A stretch of 63,118 nucleotides of DNA, filler included, from Octopus bimaculoides (GCF_001194135.2; 6 parts of 6 records of this genome joined end to end with filler, not necessarily neighbours in it); one strand, 5' to 3'; shown: positions 1-11,688, counted from the first letter of the whole stretch. Translations and numbers: made by a program. Notes: a model not told the origin generated them from the sequence alone.

Positions 1-343
1 CGTATAATTTGTTGTTAAATTTAAAGGTGTGGCCTTTTAGGGTGACCTTTATACTAGCTCCTAGTGCATGTGCGATCATTTTCTTTACCTGGTGGATATT
101 AGTGGGGGTCCGTATGGCTCTGGTCCATCCACTCCATCTCTCTATAGGGGTCTTCCTAGCCATAGAGGTAATTGTGGGTGGTCTACCTCTTAGACGTCTA
201 CTAGGGCAGAAATCTCTAAGGTCGTATCTATCTAGATATGCATCGTCATATGTCAATCTAAGTAGGAGGACCAGTTCTTCTGTGTTGACTTTTTGGAACT
301 CTACTTCGCTCTCGTTGATCATTTCCATGATATATATTTCCAT
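1..343 (-). mobile_element. Penelope-like element reverse transcriptase fragment (runs off window start)
   Basis: Open minus frame not listed in the ORF track: MEIYIMEMINESEVEFQKVNTEELVLLLRL...CPSRRLRGRPPTITS...KKMIAHALGASIKVTLKGHTFKFNNKLY. The HTFKFNNKLY motif matches the PLE RT segment just before the Q..G..G motif. Confidence 0.8.
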
Positions 344-385
344 GATATATATATTACGTCATCACGCTCTTGTATTGTTTTAGCC

Positions 386-578
386 TTCAAACGACGCCAC
401 CCCGCTGGCAAGGTGAGCAGGCTAACAATTTGTCCCCTGATCGGAGTGGGGACTGGAGCAATGTGAAATGAAGTGTTTTGCTCGAGAACACAACGTGCCG
501 TCCAGTCAAAGAGTCGAACCCGTAATCTAGCGATCGAGAATGCAACAGCCTAGCTGCTAGGCTACGCGCCTTCACACA
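386..578 (-). mobile_element. tRNA-derived SINE, family C head (partial)
   Basis: gactggagcaatgtgaaatgaagtgttttgctcgagaacac...gaacccg matches copies at 7580, 29116, 29810 and 37880; A/B-box-like head on the minus strand. Confidence 0.75.
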
Positions 579-639
579 CACAAATATGTGGTCACAATCG
601 AAAGACTGAAACGAGTAAAAGAATATAATTTGCCGCATA

Positions 640-1100
640 ACTTGTTCCTAGATACCGTAAGCTTTCTCGTTTACTCACTTAGGAGGTCAGAGTAGGCATA
701 TTTTCATTTTCTCAGTAAGAAACGGCTTTTCCGATTTTATATAAATGCACTAATTTCCTTCCTCTTAAACGTTCCTGTCGCATTGTATTCAATATTCGTG
801 GCCAGCAGCTTGATGAAATGATTTCTTGCATAACAGTTTTATTTCCCGGAAATTTAATGTGAGTATTACTATCTTCGGAATTCCTTATTACACTTCTCAT
901 ATTTCACATAAACATTCGTTATTGGTACAAACTTTTACTCATAAATTTTATACAATACTAAGTAAATAATTACCTCAGTTATATATAACTTATATAATAC
1001 ATATATAAACAGCACTAATTTAGCTGTTTCTTCGTAGATTGGAAAAAAAATGATTAGCCTTAATCGATTTTCAGCTCTCATCAGAGACGTCAACATCAGT
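640..1100 (-). mobile_element. Decayed PLE 3' region / pseudo-LTR-like remnant
   Basis: Weak GIY-YIG C-terminus-like remnant (NHFIKLLATNIEYN) plus a hammerhead-like motif sharing the cgtctCTGATGA...GAAACAGCT context with the copy at 5704. Confidence 0.45.
1018..1088 (-). ncRNA. Hammerhead ribozyme-like motif (degenerate, PLE-type)
   Basis: Minus strand tctCTGATGA gagctgaaaatcGATTAaggcTAATCattttttttccaatctacgaa GAAACAGCTaaa; core CUGAUGA and GAAAC are present. Confidence 0.45.
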
Positions 1101-2179
1101 TTGACCAATGCCAGAGGAGCAAGAAGACAATCTATTTGTATACTCAACAATTACAATAGCTACAAAAAGCTGGAGCAACTAATTTGCATACCCCAATTTT
1201 TGTTATATTGTTTTACTACAACTCACTACGGGGGAAAAAATCTTCAACGAAACGCTTCACTATATATACAGGGTGCGTGTCGGGTTTGAGGCCGTGTGGG
1301 AGGATGAATAGAAGCATAACGTCGCCATCACTAGTGATCACTCCCAACACCACGATGTTGACTGGATGTTTGACTTTTTATCATTCTCGGTACATGTCCT
1401 CAGATTGCACTCTCAGATTGACAACCAAACACTCTGAAATGTTTGTAATGGAGCTTCTAGCGCGAATGCCAAGCAATACAGTATGTCGTTTCCAAATTTC
1501 TGGCAGATTGAATTGCGTCATGGTACTGCTTTTCTCACAGACAGTTCCCAACTGCCCCTACTATACTGTGTAGTCAACAAAATCAAACACAAACCCCACG
1601 CATGCATGATATTAAAAATAAAAAAATGGTAGTTTGACCTTAGAGTCCCTCTTAGCGTGAGGCATTCATGTATTGTAATGCCCTTATATATATATATATA
1701 TATATATNNNNNNNNNNNNNNNNNNNNNNNNNNNNNNNNNNNNNNNNNNNNNNNNNNNNNNNNNNNNNNNNNNNNNNNNNNNNNNNNNNNNNNNNNNNNN
1801 NNNNNNNNNNNNNNNNNNNNNNNNNNNNNNNNNNNNNNNNNNNNNNNNNNNNNNNNNNNNNNNNNNNNNNNNNNNNNNNNNNNNNNNNNNNNNNNNNNNN
1901 NNNNNNNNNNNNNNNNNNNNNNNNNNNNNNNNNNNNNNNNNNNNNNNNNNNNNNNNNNNNNNNNNNNNNNNNNNNNNNNNNNNNNNNNNNNNNNNNNNNN
2001 NNNNNNNNNNNNNNNNNNNNNNNNNNNNNNNNNNNNNNNNNNNNNNNNNNNNNNNNNNNNNNNNNNNNNNNNNNNNNNNNNNNNNNNNNNNNNNNNNNNN
2101 NNNNNNNNNNNNNNNNNNNNNNNNNNNNNNNNNNNNNNNNNNNNNNNNNNNNNNNNNNNNNNNNNNNNNNNNNNNNNNN

Positions 2180-2256
<77 letters not shown>

Positions 2257-2259
<3 letters not shown>

Positions 2260-2618
2260 GCGCAGTGTGCTGAAAAATTTGCTTCCCAACCACATATTTT
2301 CGGGTCAGACCCACTTTTGGCGCCTTGTAGAAGTTTCCTCTGCTATATCCTCCGGTCGATTAAAGTATTCTGTGTGGATTTAGCAGAGAGGAACGGAAAG
2401 AAGCTTGTATATGTGCGTTTGTTGGGCTTGTCCTCCACTACCTCTTGACAGCTAGTGTTGGTGTGTCTAAGTCCCCGTAATCTAGTGGTTCAGCCAAAGA
2501 GACCAATTACATAAGTACGAGGCATAAAAAAGAAAGCAAGTAGTGGGGTCGATTGGTTCGATTGAGATTCTTCGAGGGAGTGCCCCAGCATGGTCGCAAT
2601 CTAATGACTAAAACAAGT
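2257..2618 (+). mobile_element. tRNA-derived SINE, family A (diverged, near full length)
   Basis: aggcgcag head, gaaagaagc middle, ccccagcatggtcgcaatctaatgactaaaacaag tail; colinear with the copies at 27500 and 35205. Confidence 0.8.
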
Positions 2619-2620
2619 TC

Positions 2621-3070
2621 GCACGCCGGAATTAATCCCCACATTTTTTAAGCAAGGACTTAGGCTCAATTGAGATAGCTACGTGGAGCTGCTGAAGAGT
2701 ATGGTCAATCCACAATTGAAGAGGGTTGCTGCTGGAAGGCCATATATGTGGCAGCAGGATTTGGTTCGTTGACATACACCCGGACAATTTATACTTCACC
2801 AGCCTCCTAATTTCTGGCTTCCTGGGATACAGTTGAAAAAGACACCAATCGCTCTGCCTGCAACATTAAGGTTGAGATAGTGACCAAGATCAAGATGTTC
2901 GAAATTCTTCCCAAGTACAGAGTGAAGAACGCAAGCACTAATTTCTGGAGCCCTGGAAGCTGATAGCGGCTACTTTGAGTAAACTGTTACCTTCGAGTTG
3001 ATTTTTGTTTTAAACGTACTTTTACTTTTGGATGGGATGTTGCTTTTTCTTGTCATCTTATGCAACTGTA
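2621..3070 (+). mobile_element. Tc1/mariner-superfamily transposase 3' fragment (pseudogenised, internally deleted)
   Basis: Frameshifted translation GLRLN.DSYVELLKSMVNP...WDTVEKDTNRSACN...KIKMFEILPKYRVKNA...GY resembles the C-terminus of a DD(D/E) transposase. Confidence 0.7.
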
Positions 3071-3071
3071 G

Positions 3072-3250
<179 letters not shown>

Positions 3251-3474
3251 ATATATAGGTACATATATATGTATATGGATTTATTTATACGTACATATAT
3301 GCATGTATATTTATATGTTTGCGTATGTATATATGAATAATACAGTTTTCTTTTGTTAACTTATTTGACACAGCAATAGTCATAACCTAATTTTTTTAAT
3401 TAACTCAAACGCATTCTCAGCGAATAAATTGCTGTCGTGTGTCTTATTTGTCTAGCCACCAAATGTATGCATGA

Positions 3475-3519
<45 letters not shown>

Positions 3520-3964
3520 NNNNNNNNNNNNNNNNNNNNNNNNNNNNNNNNNNNNNNNNNNNNNNNNNNNNNNNNNNNNNNNNNNNNNNNNNNNNNNNNN
3601 NNNNNNNNNNNNNNNNNNNNNNNNNNNNNNNNNNNNNNNNNNNNNNNNNNNNNNNNNNNNNNNNNNNNNNNNNNNNNNNNNNNNNNNNNNNNNNNNNNNN
3701 NNNNNNNNNNNNNNNNNNNNNNNNNNNNNNNNNNNNNNNNNNNNNNNNNNNNNNNNNNNNNNNNNNNNNNNNNNNNNNNNNNNNNNNNNNNNNNNNNNNN
3801 NNNNNNNNNNNNNNNNNNNNNNNNNNNNNNNNNNNNNNNNNNNNNNNNNNNNNNNNNNNNNNNNNNNNNNNNNNNNNNNNNNNNNNNNNNNNNNNNNNNN
3901 NNNNNNNNNNNNNNNNNNNNNNNNNNNNNNNNNNNNNNNNNNNNNNNNNNNNNNNNNNNNNNNN

Positions 3965-4002
<38 letters not shown>

Positions 4003-4027
4003 CGTGTATATATATATATACGCATGG

Positions 4028-4060
<33 letters not shown>

Positions 4061-4227
4061 TAAAGGTATACATAACCATATATATGCACACGCCCATGTG
4101 TACGTATGTGTCTATGTACTTACATTCACTTACATATATATATATTTGCTCACATGCATACACACACAGACCCACACAGACACACATACACACACACATG
4201 TATATAAGTATGTAAGTATATATATAA

Positions 4228-4291
<64 letters not shown>

Positions 4292-4484
4292 GCTTATACA
4301 CACACACATAAAATGATAGATTAAAGAAACTAGTAATAATTTGAGTAAAAGACAAATAATACATGAAATCCGACAGGAAGAACATGTGGAGGGAAAAGCC
4401 TAAAGATGCGAAAGGAAACAAGAAGAATGGAACAAAATTTAACTTGAAAGAACATCAATGAAAGAAACAAGAAATTTTGACATT

Positions 4485-4790
4485 TTGTATTATAAGTTGA
4501 TGACATGGAATGTAACCATAAATGTTTCTTCCTCGACCTGTTCTGGGAGGTGGTTTAATATGTCCAAATCATCTTTGATGTAACTGTTGATGTGTTTTAG
4601 GTATGGCTTCAGAAGAATGTCCATGAAGGAACGTAATCGGTGGGTTTCACAGGATAGGCCAGCTATGATGGATCGTAATTTTAGGTCTACTGGTATTCAC
4701 TTGTGCGTCCGAAAATCTAATTCATGTGATCAGATGCTCGGGCTGCCAAAAAGATTATGCCGGAAGTACAGGAAATTCTAAACTCCGAGT
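4485..4790 (-). mobile_element. PLE reverse transcriptase fragment (N-terminal RT motifs)
   Basis: Minus translation KLRSIIAGLSCETHRLRSFMDILLKPYLKHINSYIKDDLDILNHLPEQVEEETFMVTFHVINL* fits the PLE pattern lRPIiAG..c.t..LS.f.D.lL.P...~.SyikD..D.L..L......lvsfDV.sLY. Confidence 0.85.
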
Positions 4791-4849
4791 ATTATAATGA
4801 CAACTTGCTGATTGTACTAAATTATACATATACATACATACATGCATAC

Positions 4850-4884
<35 letters not shown>

Positions 4885-5521
4885 TGTATGTATGCATGTA
4901 TGTATGTATGTATGTATATATATATATATATAAACAATATATGAGTATATGCATATATATGTACATGTATGTACATACCTTCATCTACATGTACACATAG
5001 ATACATAACTGGGTACATGACGTGGTAAAAGAACATGGACAAAATGATAAACAAGGTACAACAAACAAGCAAGCCACATANNNNNNNNNNNNNNNNNNNN
5101 NNNNNNNNNNNNNNNNNNNNNNNNNNNNNNNNNNNNNNNNNNNNNNNNNNNNNNNNNNNNNNNNNNNNNNNNNNNNNNNNNNNNNNNNNNNNNNNNNNNN
5201 NNNNNNNNNNNNNNNNNNNNNNNNNNNNNNNNNNNNNNNNNNNNNNNNNNNNNNNNNNNNNNNNNNNNNNNNNNNNNNNNNNNNNNNNNNNNNNNNNNNN
5301 NNNNNNNNNNNACGTGACCAAGGCTGTGTGAAGAGAAAGAGTAGCAGAGGGAAAAGAAGGGGAGGAAGTAGAATAAAAGTGAGCAACGAGAGGTAGAGAG
5401 AGAGAGATATACTAGTAGTAACGGTGAGAGGCGAAGGACGAGTAACAAGAGAGAGAGAGAGAGAGAGATAGTAGTGACAGGTAGAGGCGAAGAACAGTAG
5501 AGGGAAGAATGAGAGGGGGAG

Positions 5522-5576
<55 letters not shown>

Positions 5577-5703
5577 CACATACATACATACACGCATACG
5601 TACATACATACATACATACATATATATTAGACAAAATGCGATAACAAAGCTAAGGCTACGAGGAGTTTTCAGTACATCTATAAGGAAAAACATATAGATA
5701 TAG

Positions 5704-5749
5704 TTTTACAGCTGTTTCTGGGATATTATGGATATCTCTTCATCAGAGA
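5704..5749 (-). ncRNA. Minimal type I hammerhead ribozyme motif (mutated stems)
   Basis: tct CTGATGA AGAGATAT-ccata-ATATCCCA GAAAC-AGCT-GT A aaa: intact core, palindromic stem III ACAGCTGT, GUA cleavage triplet; mismatches in stems I and II. Confidence 0.65.
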
Positions 5750-5993
5750 CGATGTGAGATGGTTAAATAGAGGTAAATATTTGAGTTCGAAATAAGGAAT
5801 TATAAATGGAAAAGGAAGAGATAGAGAATATAGAGGGAAATAAGAGAATGAAAGTAGAAATAAAATATAAAATATTGTAGTTGCAGTTCTAGGACGTTAG
5901 TTGCAAGTGGGTGTATTTTGGGGATTATTTTCAGGAATGGAGGTTGTGATACTGTCAGCGAGAAGGTTACAGATGAGGATAGAAAGGTCTAAG

Positions 5994-6002
5994 TTATTAT
6001 TA

Positions 6003-6090
<88 letters not shown>
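5994..6090. repeat. (TTA)n microsatellite
   Basis: Directly visible. Confidence 0.97.
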
Positions 6091-6574
6091 CATCGTTACT
6101 ATTGCTATCGTTGTTTTTAATTATTCTATCTGTAACGGTGATGGAAGTTGGGCGATCGTGTATTCGGAGTTGTTATTGTGTGAGGCTGCCATAATAGACT
6201 CCAAGTTGGGTGGGGTGGAATACGATAGCTTCAGGATAGATCTATTAAAGATACAGTAATATCTATGTTGACGAGAGAAGTTGGAGTCCAGTATATTAAA
6301 GAAGGATTCAGTTAAGTTCTTAACGTTTAGAAGAAGTGGGGTGTATACCATAGAATAGAGCGTCCACCACTTTTAGACTATATCAATATTTTTTTCCTTT
6401 TAAATGTCCTAAAAACTCCTCATAGCATTGGCTTTATTATCTCATTTTCTCTAATATATACATATATGTGTGTGTACATATATGTATATATGTATGTATA
6501 TATGCATGTATGCATGTATCTATGTATGTATGTGTGTATATATGTGTATATATATATGTATATATATATATATG

Positions 6575-6625
<51 letters not shown>

Positions 6626-7137
6626 NNNNNNNNNNNNNNNNNNNNNNNNNNNNNNNNNNNNNNNNNNNNNNNNNNNNNNNNNNNNNNNNNNNNNNNNNNN
6701 NNNNNNNNNNNNNNNNNNNNNNNNNNNNNNNNNNNNNNNNNNNNNNNNNNNNNNNNNNNNNNNNNNNNNNNNNNNNNNNNNNNNNNNNNNNNNNNNNNNN
6801 NNNNNNNNNNNNNNNNNNNNNNNNNNNNNNNNNNNNNNNNNNNNNNNNNNNNNNNNNNNNNNNNNNNNNNNNNNNNNNNNNNNNNNNNNNNNNNNNNNNN
6901 NNNNNNNNNNNNNNNNNNNNNNNNNNNNNNNNNNNNNNNNNNNNNNNNNNNNNNNNNNNNNNNNNNNNNNNNNNNNNNNNNNNNNNNNNNNNNNNNNNNN
7001 NNNNNNNNNNNNNNNNNNNNNNNNNNNNNNNNNNNNNNNNNNNNNNNNNNNNNNNNNNNNNNNNNNNNNNNNNNNNNNNNNNNNNNNNNNNNNNNNNNNN
7101 NNNNNNNNNNNNNTATATAGATAGATAGATATATATT

Positions 7138-7420
7138 CTCTTCTTTTTTCTTCTTTTACTTGTTTCATGCGGCCATGTGGGAACACCGCCTTCAAACGTT
7201 TTAGTTGATCAAATTGACACCAGGACTTATTTTTTAAGTCTAGTACTTATTTTATCGGATCCTTTTGCCGATGTGCTAGGTTACGGAGACATAAACACAC
7301 CAGCATCGGTTGTCAATCGTCAATAGTAGAAGACACTTGCGCAAGGTGCTACGAAGTGGGACTGAGCTCGAAACAATATGGTTGGAAAGCAATCTTCTTA
7401 CCACACAACCACGCCTATAT
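7138..7420 (-). mobile_element. SINE family A with internal deletion
   Basis: Tail (ttttacttgtttc...gcggccatg) joined directly to head (agaagacacttgcgcaaggtg...accacacaaccacgcc); the central segment and microsatellite are absent. Confidence 0.8.
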
Positions 7421-7424
7421 CACT

Positions 7425-7670
7425 GTATCAACCAGACTATCGGATGTGCTTATAAACCACCGCTTGACATGATGCGCTTCCTCGTATAGTAAATTTTGAA
7501 TGATGCCACCCTGCTATCTAGGCGGTCTGGCCAACATTTCCACTGAACAGAACGCAAGTCTATTGGAGATTTTACCCATTTAAAGCTGAGTAGGATAAAG
7601 CAAAGTGAAATGAAGTGTTTTACTCAAGAACAAGGCGTTGCCGGTCAGAGAATCGAAATTCGATCTTGTG
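7425..7670 (-). mobile_element. SINE family C variant (partial)
   Basis: gctgagtagg..gtgaaatgaagtgttttactcaagaac head plus a gatgccaccctgctatctaggcgg segment also seen at 390-425. Confidence 0.65.
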
Positions 7671-8109
7671 TGTATATACACATGTACTTATGTACACGTA
7701 TACATGTACACAAGTAGCAACAGTAACAGTAGCAGTACCGCCAAAAAGAACAGCAACAGAAACACCCACAACAATAGCAACCAACACCAACACCACAACC
7801 TAGATGTACAGTTTTGTCAGCATCACCACAACTTAAAGAAACCTTGTATGTGGGCATATCAAAAAATATGTATATATACGGGAGAGAATTTACCTACTAA
7901 TTTTTCTAATTGTTTCAAAAAGAGGATATAAAAACTAGACGGTCACAAATTAAGTTTATATAGAGGCTGACTCGAGTGTCGAATGGAGCCACATGTTCGG
8001 ATCCTTCTGAATTGACAGGCACGTCTTGTTTTCTTAACGAAACACTTTCAAACTTGGGATACTGGTAGAATGTGTCATATAAAACATCTTTTTCTCTTAA
8101 CCTTCTTAA

Positions 8110-8718
8110 CAAAAATTTCTATATTGCAAGTTATTTCATGTTAAAGTTATCGTATTTCTGTAACTTCAACCAATCACTGACGTCTATTCAGCTGAATACA
8201 GTTACTGCTGTTTTTGTAAACAATAATCTTTGCCGGTGTCAAGATTGTTATTCCCTGTTAATTATATCGTTATTCCCTAATAAGGGTTTAGGGTTTTAGG
8301 GTTAGGGTTAGGGTTAAGGTTATGAGTTATAGGGTTTTAGGGTTAGGGTTAAGGTTATGAGTGAGGTTATGGCAAAAATAATCATAACCGTAACCCTAAA
8401 ACTAACCCTAACCCTAAAACTAACCCTAACTCTAAAACCCGAACCCTAACCCTAAAACCCTAACCCTAAAACCCTAAAGCTAAAACCAGTACAAACGCAC
8501 GAACGATGTCATAGATAACAGTACCACCGATAGTTGTTGTTGACAAACAACGGCACTAATTTTATTGAAGGGAAAAGATCCCATGACACCGTTAGAATAT
8601 GTTGTTTACATTCCACGGCAGTAATTGTTTTCACCTCAATAGACGTCAGTGATTGATTGAAATTACCGAAATACGACAATTTTTTTACATGAAATAACTT
8701 CGAATACAAAAATTTTTA
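8110..8718. mobile_element. Fold-back element with ~130-bp inverted arms enclosing inverted telomere-like arrays
   Basis: Left arm aagttatttcatgttaaagttatcgtatttctgtaacttcaaccaatcactgacgtctatt...gtaaacaa is the reverse complement of right arm ttgtttac...aatagacgtcagtgattgattgaaattaccgaaatacgac...catgaaataactt. Confidence 0.8.
8283..8487. repeat. Interstitial telomere-like repeat: (TTAGGG/TTTTAGGG)n then (CCCTAA/CCCTAAAA)n, head-to-head
   Basis: G-rich arm 8283-8370, short spacer ggcaaaaataat, C-rich arm 8383-8487. Confidence 0.9.
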
Positions 8719-8848
8719 TCTGTTCTATAACACAAAATATACAAGTATACAAAGTTTGTTTCGGTACCAAAATCACTACATAAAACATAAATGAAAAGTG
8801 GTGGCCGTCAATTCAGAAAGATCCACATGTTTTGTTGAGAAAAGCAGG

Positions 8849-10445
8849 GGATAATTTAGATCCTTCTAATTAACTGTTGATAAGCACAGAAACGGTCAGT
8901 CTCCATAAATTTATCACATTATTATCTCTAAACGCTCAATTTTATTCTTCGTTCTAGTTTGCCTTTTCTTCCTTGTAATCTGTCCATGAAGATAGAATTG
9001 TAAATTATAGTCAACCTGATTGAATTTCCATTTTTTTTTTTTGTCTATTTCTATGTTTCTGCATTTCGTATTTTGATTAATTGTAGTTTGTCAGTCACTA
9101 AATGGACATAGTTTTGTTCGGAAATTGCTGAAAAATAGTACACTGCTTTCGGTATTCATTCTCACACAGTGAAGTGACGGTATGATCTAACGAAGGAGAT
9201 AATTTAGATCCTTCAAATTAACGGTTGATAAGCACAGAAACAGTCAGTCTCCATAAATTTATCACATTATCTTCTATATATATAAAAATGAGAATGTGTG
9301 TCTGTCTGTCTGTCTGTCCGTCTGTCTGTCTGTCCGTCTGTCTGTCTGTCTGTCTGTCTGTGTGAATCCCTAAAACTCGAGAACTACGCAACCAATTTCA
9401 TTCAAATTTTACAGATGCCTTACTTAGGGTTCCAGTTGTGTTTTAGTCAAAACAAATTTTAACTTCTTGCAGAGTTCGAGCCCACGGCAACATAATATCA
9501 CCTCCACTATTTAAGTATTACGTGTCAAAAGTGAAACAAAAACACTCATGTCAAATACTTTCACTTTAAAAATGAAACTATTCTAACTAAAACAATCACA
9601 TTTCGATNNNNNNNNNNNNNNNNNNNNNNNNNNNNNNNNNNNNNNNNNNNNNNNNNNNNNNNNNNNNNNNNNNNNNNNNNNNNNNNNNNNNNNNNNNNNN
9701 NNNNNNNNNNNNNNNNNNNNNNNNNNNNNNNNNNNNNNNNNNNNNNNNNNNNNNNNNNNNNNNNNNNNNNNNNNNNNNNNNNNNNNNNNNNNNNNNNNNN
9801 NNNNNNNNNNNNNNNNNNNNNNNNNNNNNNNNNNNNNNNNNNNNNNNNNNNNNNNNNNNNNNNNNNNNNNNNNNNNNNNNNNNNNNNNNNNNNNNNNNNN
9901 NNNNNNNNNNNNNNNNNNNNNNNNNNNNNNNNNNNNNNNNNNNNNNNNNNNNNNNNNNNNNNNNNNNNNNNNNNNNNNNNNNACCCTTTCAGATATACTT
10001 ACATTGTGATTTCTGCAATGTGGTGCATAAATTGTCAAGTAAATGAGACGCATCTTTGCCTCCACTGATTCACTTGCAAAGTGTTGAGTAAAATTATTTC
10101 GTTGCAGACCTCCTTTGGGTCTTTTTATTATCACTGCGACACACATAGTCCCCAGTTGGTAACATTGATTTCAAGGCCCTCCTAGATGAGAGACTGGCAT
10201 TCCACTTAATGTCTATGTTCCATGCTGGCATGGATTGGAGAGTTATTAATGTAGAAATATGGTATCGTAGCTACTAACAGTTGAGGGTTGCGTAGTCTAG
10301 ACGGCGTTTTTAGATTTCATTATTCTCTTTAACCCGGGCAAAGCCGGGTATTTCTGCTAGTTAAAACGCTTAATTTTATTCTTCGTTCTATTTTGCCTTT
10401 CGGTATTCATTCTCACACAGTGAAGTGACGGTATGATCTAGCGAA
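8849..10445. repeat. Local dispersed duplication hosting the Helitron
   Basis: gataatttagatccttc..aattaac.gttgataagcacagaaac.gtcagtctccataaatttatcacatta occurs at 8850 and 9217. ggtattcattctcacacagtgaagtgacggtatgatcta occurs at 9151 and 10402. Confidence 0.85.
9270..10360 (+). mobile_element. Non-autonomous Helitron (internal N gap)
   Basis: 5' TC(TTCTATATATATAAAA), internal (TCTG)n tract, 3' hairpin ACCCGG-gcaaag-CCGGGT then CTAG; inserted between A (9269) and T (10361) with no TSD. Confidence 0.85.
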
Positions 10446-10578
10446 AGACTTTGGATCAAACACCTGAAGAGGTGCATCTTGCACCTTCGATGAATGATAG
10501 GGATTACACAATATGTTAATTATATCATCTCACCAATGCACTACGAGTGTAAAAATGTGTCTGGTTAATCTCTCTCTC

Positions 10579-10629
<51 letters not shown>

Positions 10630-10779
10630 CATAAAGGTGTCAGATCTTGTTTACACGTGATTGTAGATATTTAAGAAAGAAAAACATGTAAATATGTAAA
10701 AACGCACAGGAGGTTTGTATAATAAAATTTATACTAATATTAATATCATAATGAAACAAAGAGTTGTATTACAACATTA

Positions 10780-11190
10780 TATAATAAACTGGAAGTACCG
10801 GTTTCACGTCTTACGCTTATCAAACTTCTAAAATCTCAGTTTTAACTCATGGGAACCCAATTTTTATTGTTGACAATAATTTTTGCAGTCAAGGGATATA
10901 ACTCTTCAAGTTACTTTAAAAGTATTGTTAGGGTCTTTGGACTGATATTCTTATTGTATACAGATATATGAGATATATATATACAAACGTTTTAGGGGGT
11001 TATTTACAAATACTTACAAATACTTTTGGCAGTCTAAAGTGGTATCAAACATGAAGTGATTATTATGGAGGATAAATTTTATGGATTCAATGACGAATTC
11101 TTTGTTTATTCGTTCTGGTATTACTTCTGGATGTTGTTCCAGCCAGAATCGAATTGCTTCTATCCCATAATTATGTGGTATGTGAGTATT
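10780..11190 (-). mobile_element. PLE RT fragment plus pLTR-like tail
   Basis: Minus translation HIPHNYGIEAIRFWLEQHPEVIPERINKEFVIESIKFILHNNHFMFDT (about 11040-11185) fits the PLE pattern IPH..G.eA...wl......ke.ile...fiL.nN.F.F. A degenerate hammerhead lies at 10793-10827. Confidence 0.8.
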
Positions 11191-11572
11191 CCCTAGTCCT
11201 CGCCTCGCTCAGTAATCCCATCTCAGCCCTGCATATCTTCTTCTTCGAGGGACTTATTTGCTCTGAGCTCTAAGCATCATCGTACATTGAAAGCACCTAA
11301 CTCTGAAAACGTTACTGAAAAAATCTAGATTAAGAACGATTGTCAAGTACGGATGATTGATCTGATTTAAAGCTTAGGATATATCAAAGAGGATAAGAGC
11401 CACAACTGCCTAAAAAATACAAAGCTCTGTGCACTACCGACTATACTATCGACAAGAATGCGTCAACCTGTTCTCGAGAACTTTTACCAAAATTTTAAAG
11501 ACTGTCCTCATTTACATTTTTCCTCCACTTTCGGACTATATCAACTGAAAAAATTATTTAACGCGGATATTT

Positions 11573-11688
<116 letters not shown>

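Larger units (their letters stand above)
5630..6360 (-). mobile_element. PLE fragment (thumb/linker region plus downstream pLTR-like segment)
   Basis: ORF 6121-6351: FFNILDSNFSRQHRYYCIFNRSILKLSYSTPPNLESIMAASHN matches the PLE motif Fl.lidkhFp..h...kiFNr.t.KlSYSc.pNl.sii..HN. A hammerhead motif lies downstream at 5704-5749. Confidence 0.75.

Noticed and set aside
9-383. 124-aa plus-strand hydrophobic ORF
   Set aside because: It is the antisense shadow of the PLE RT frame on the minus strand.
10465-10500. CTGAAGA GGTGCA-tct-TGCACC as a hammerhead
   Set aside because: Core and stem II are present, but GAAA and stem III are missing; at best a truncated relic.
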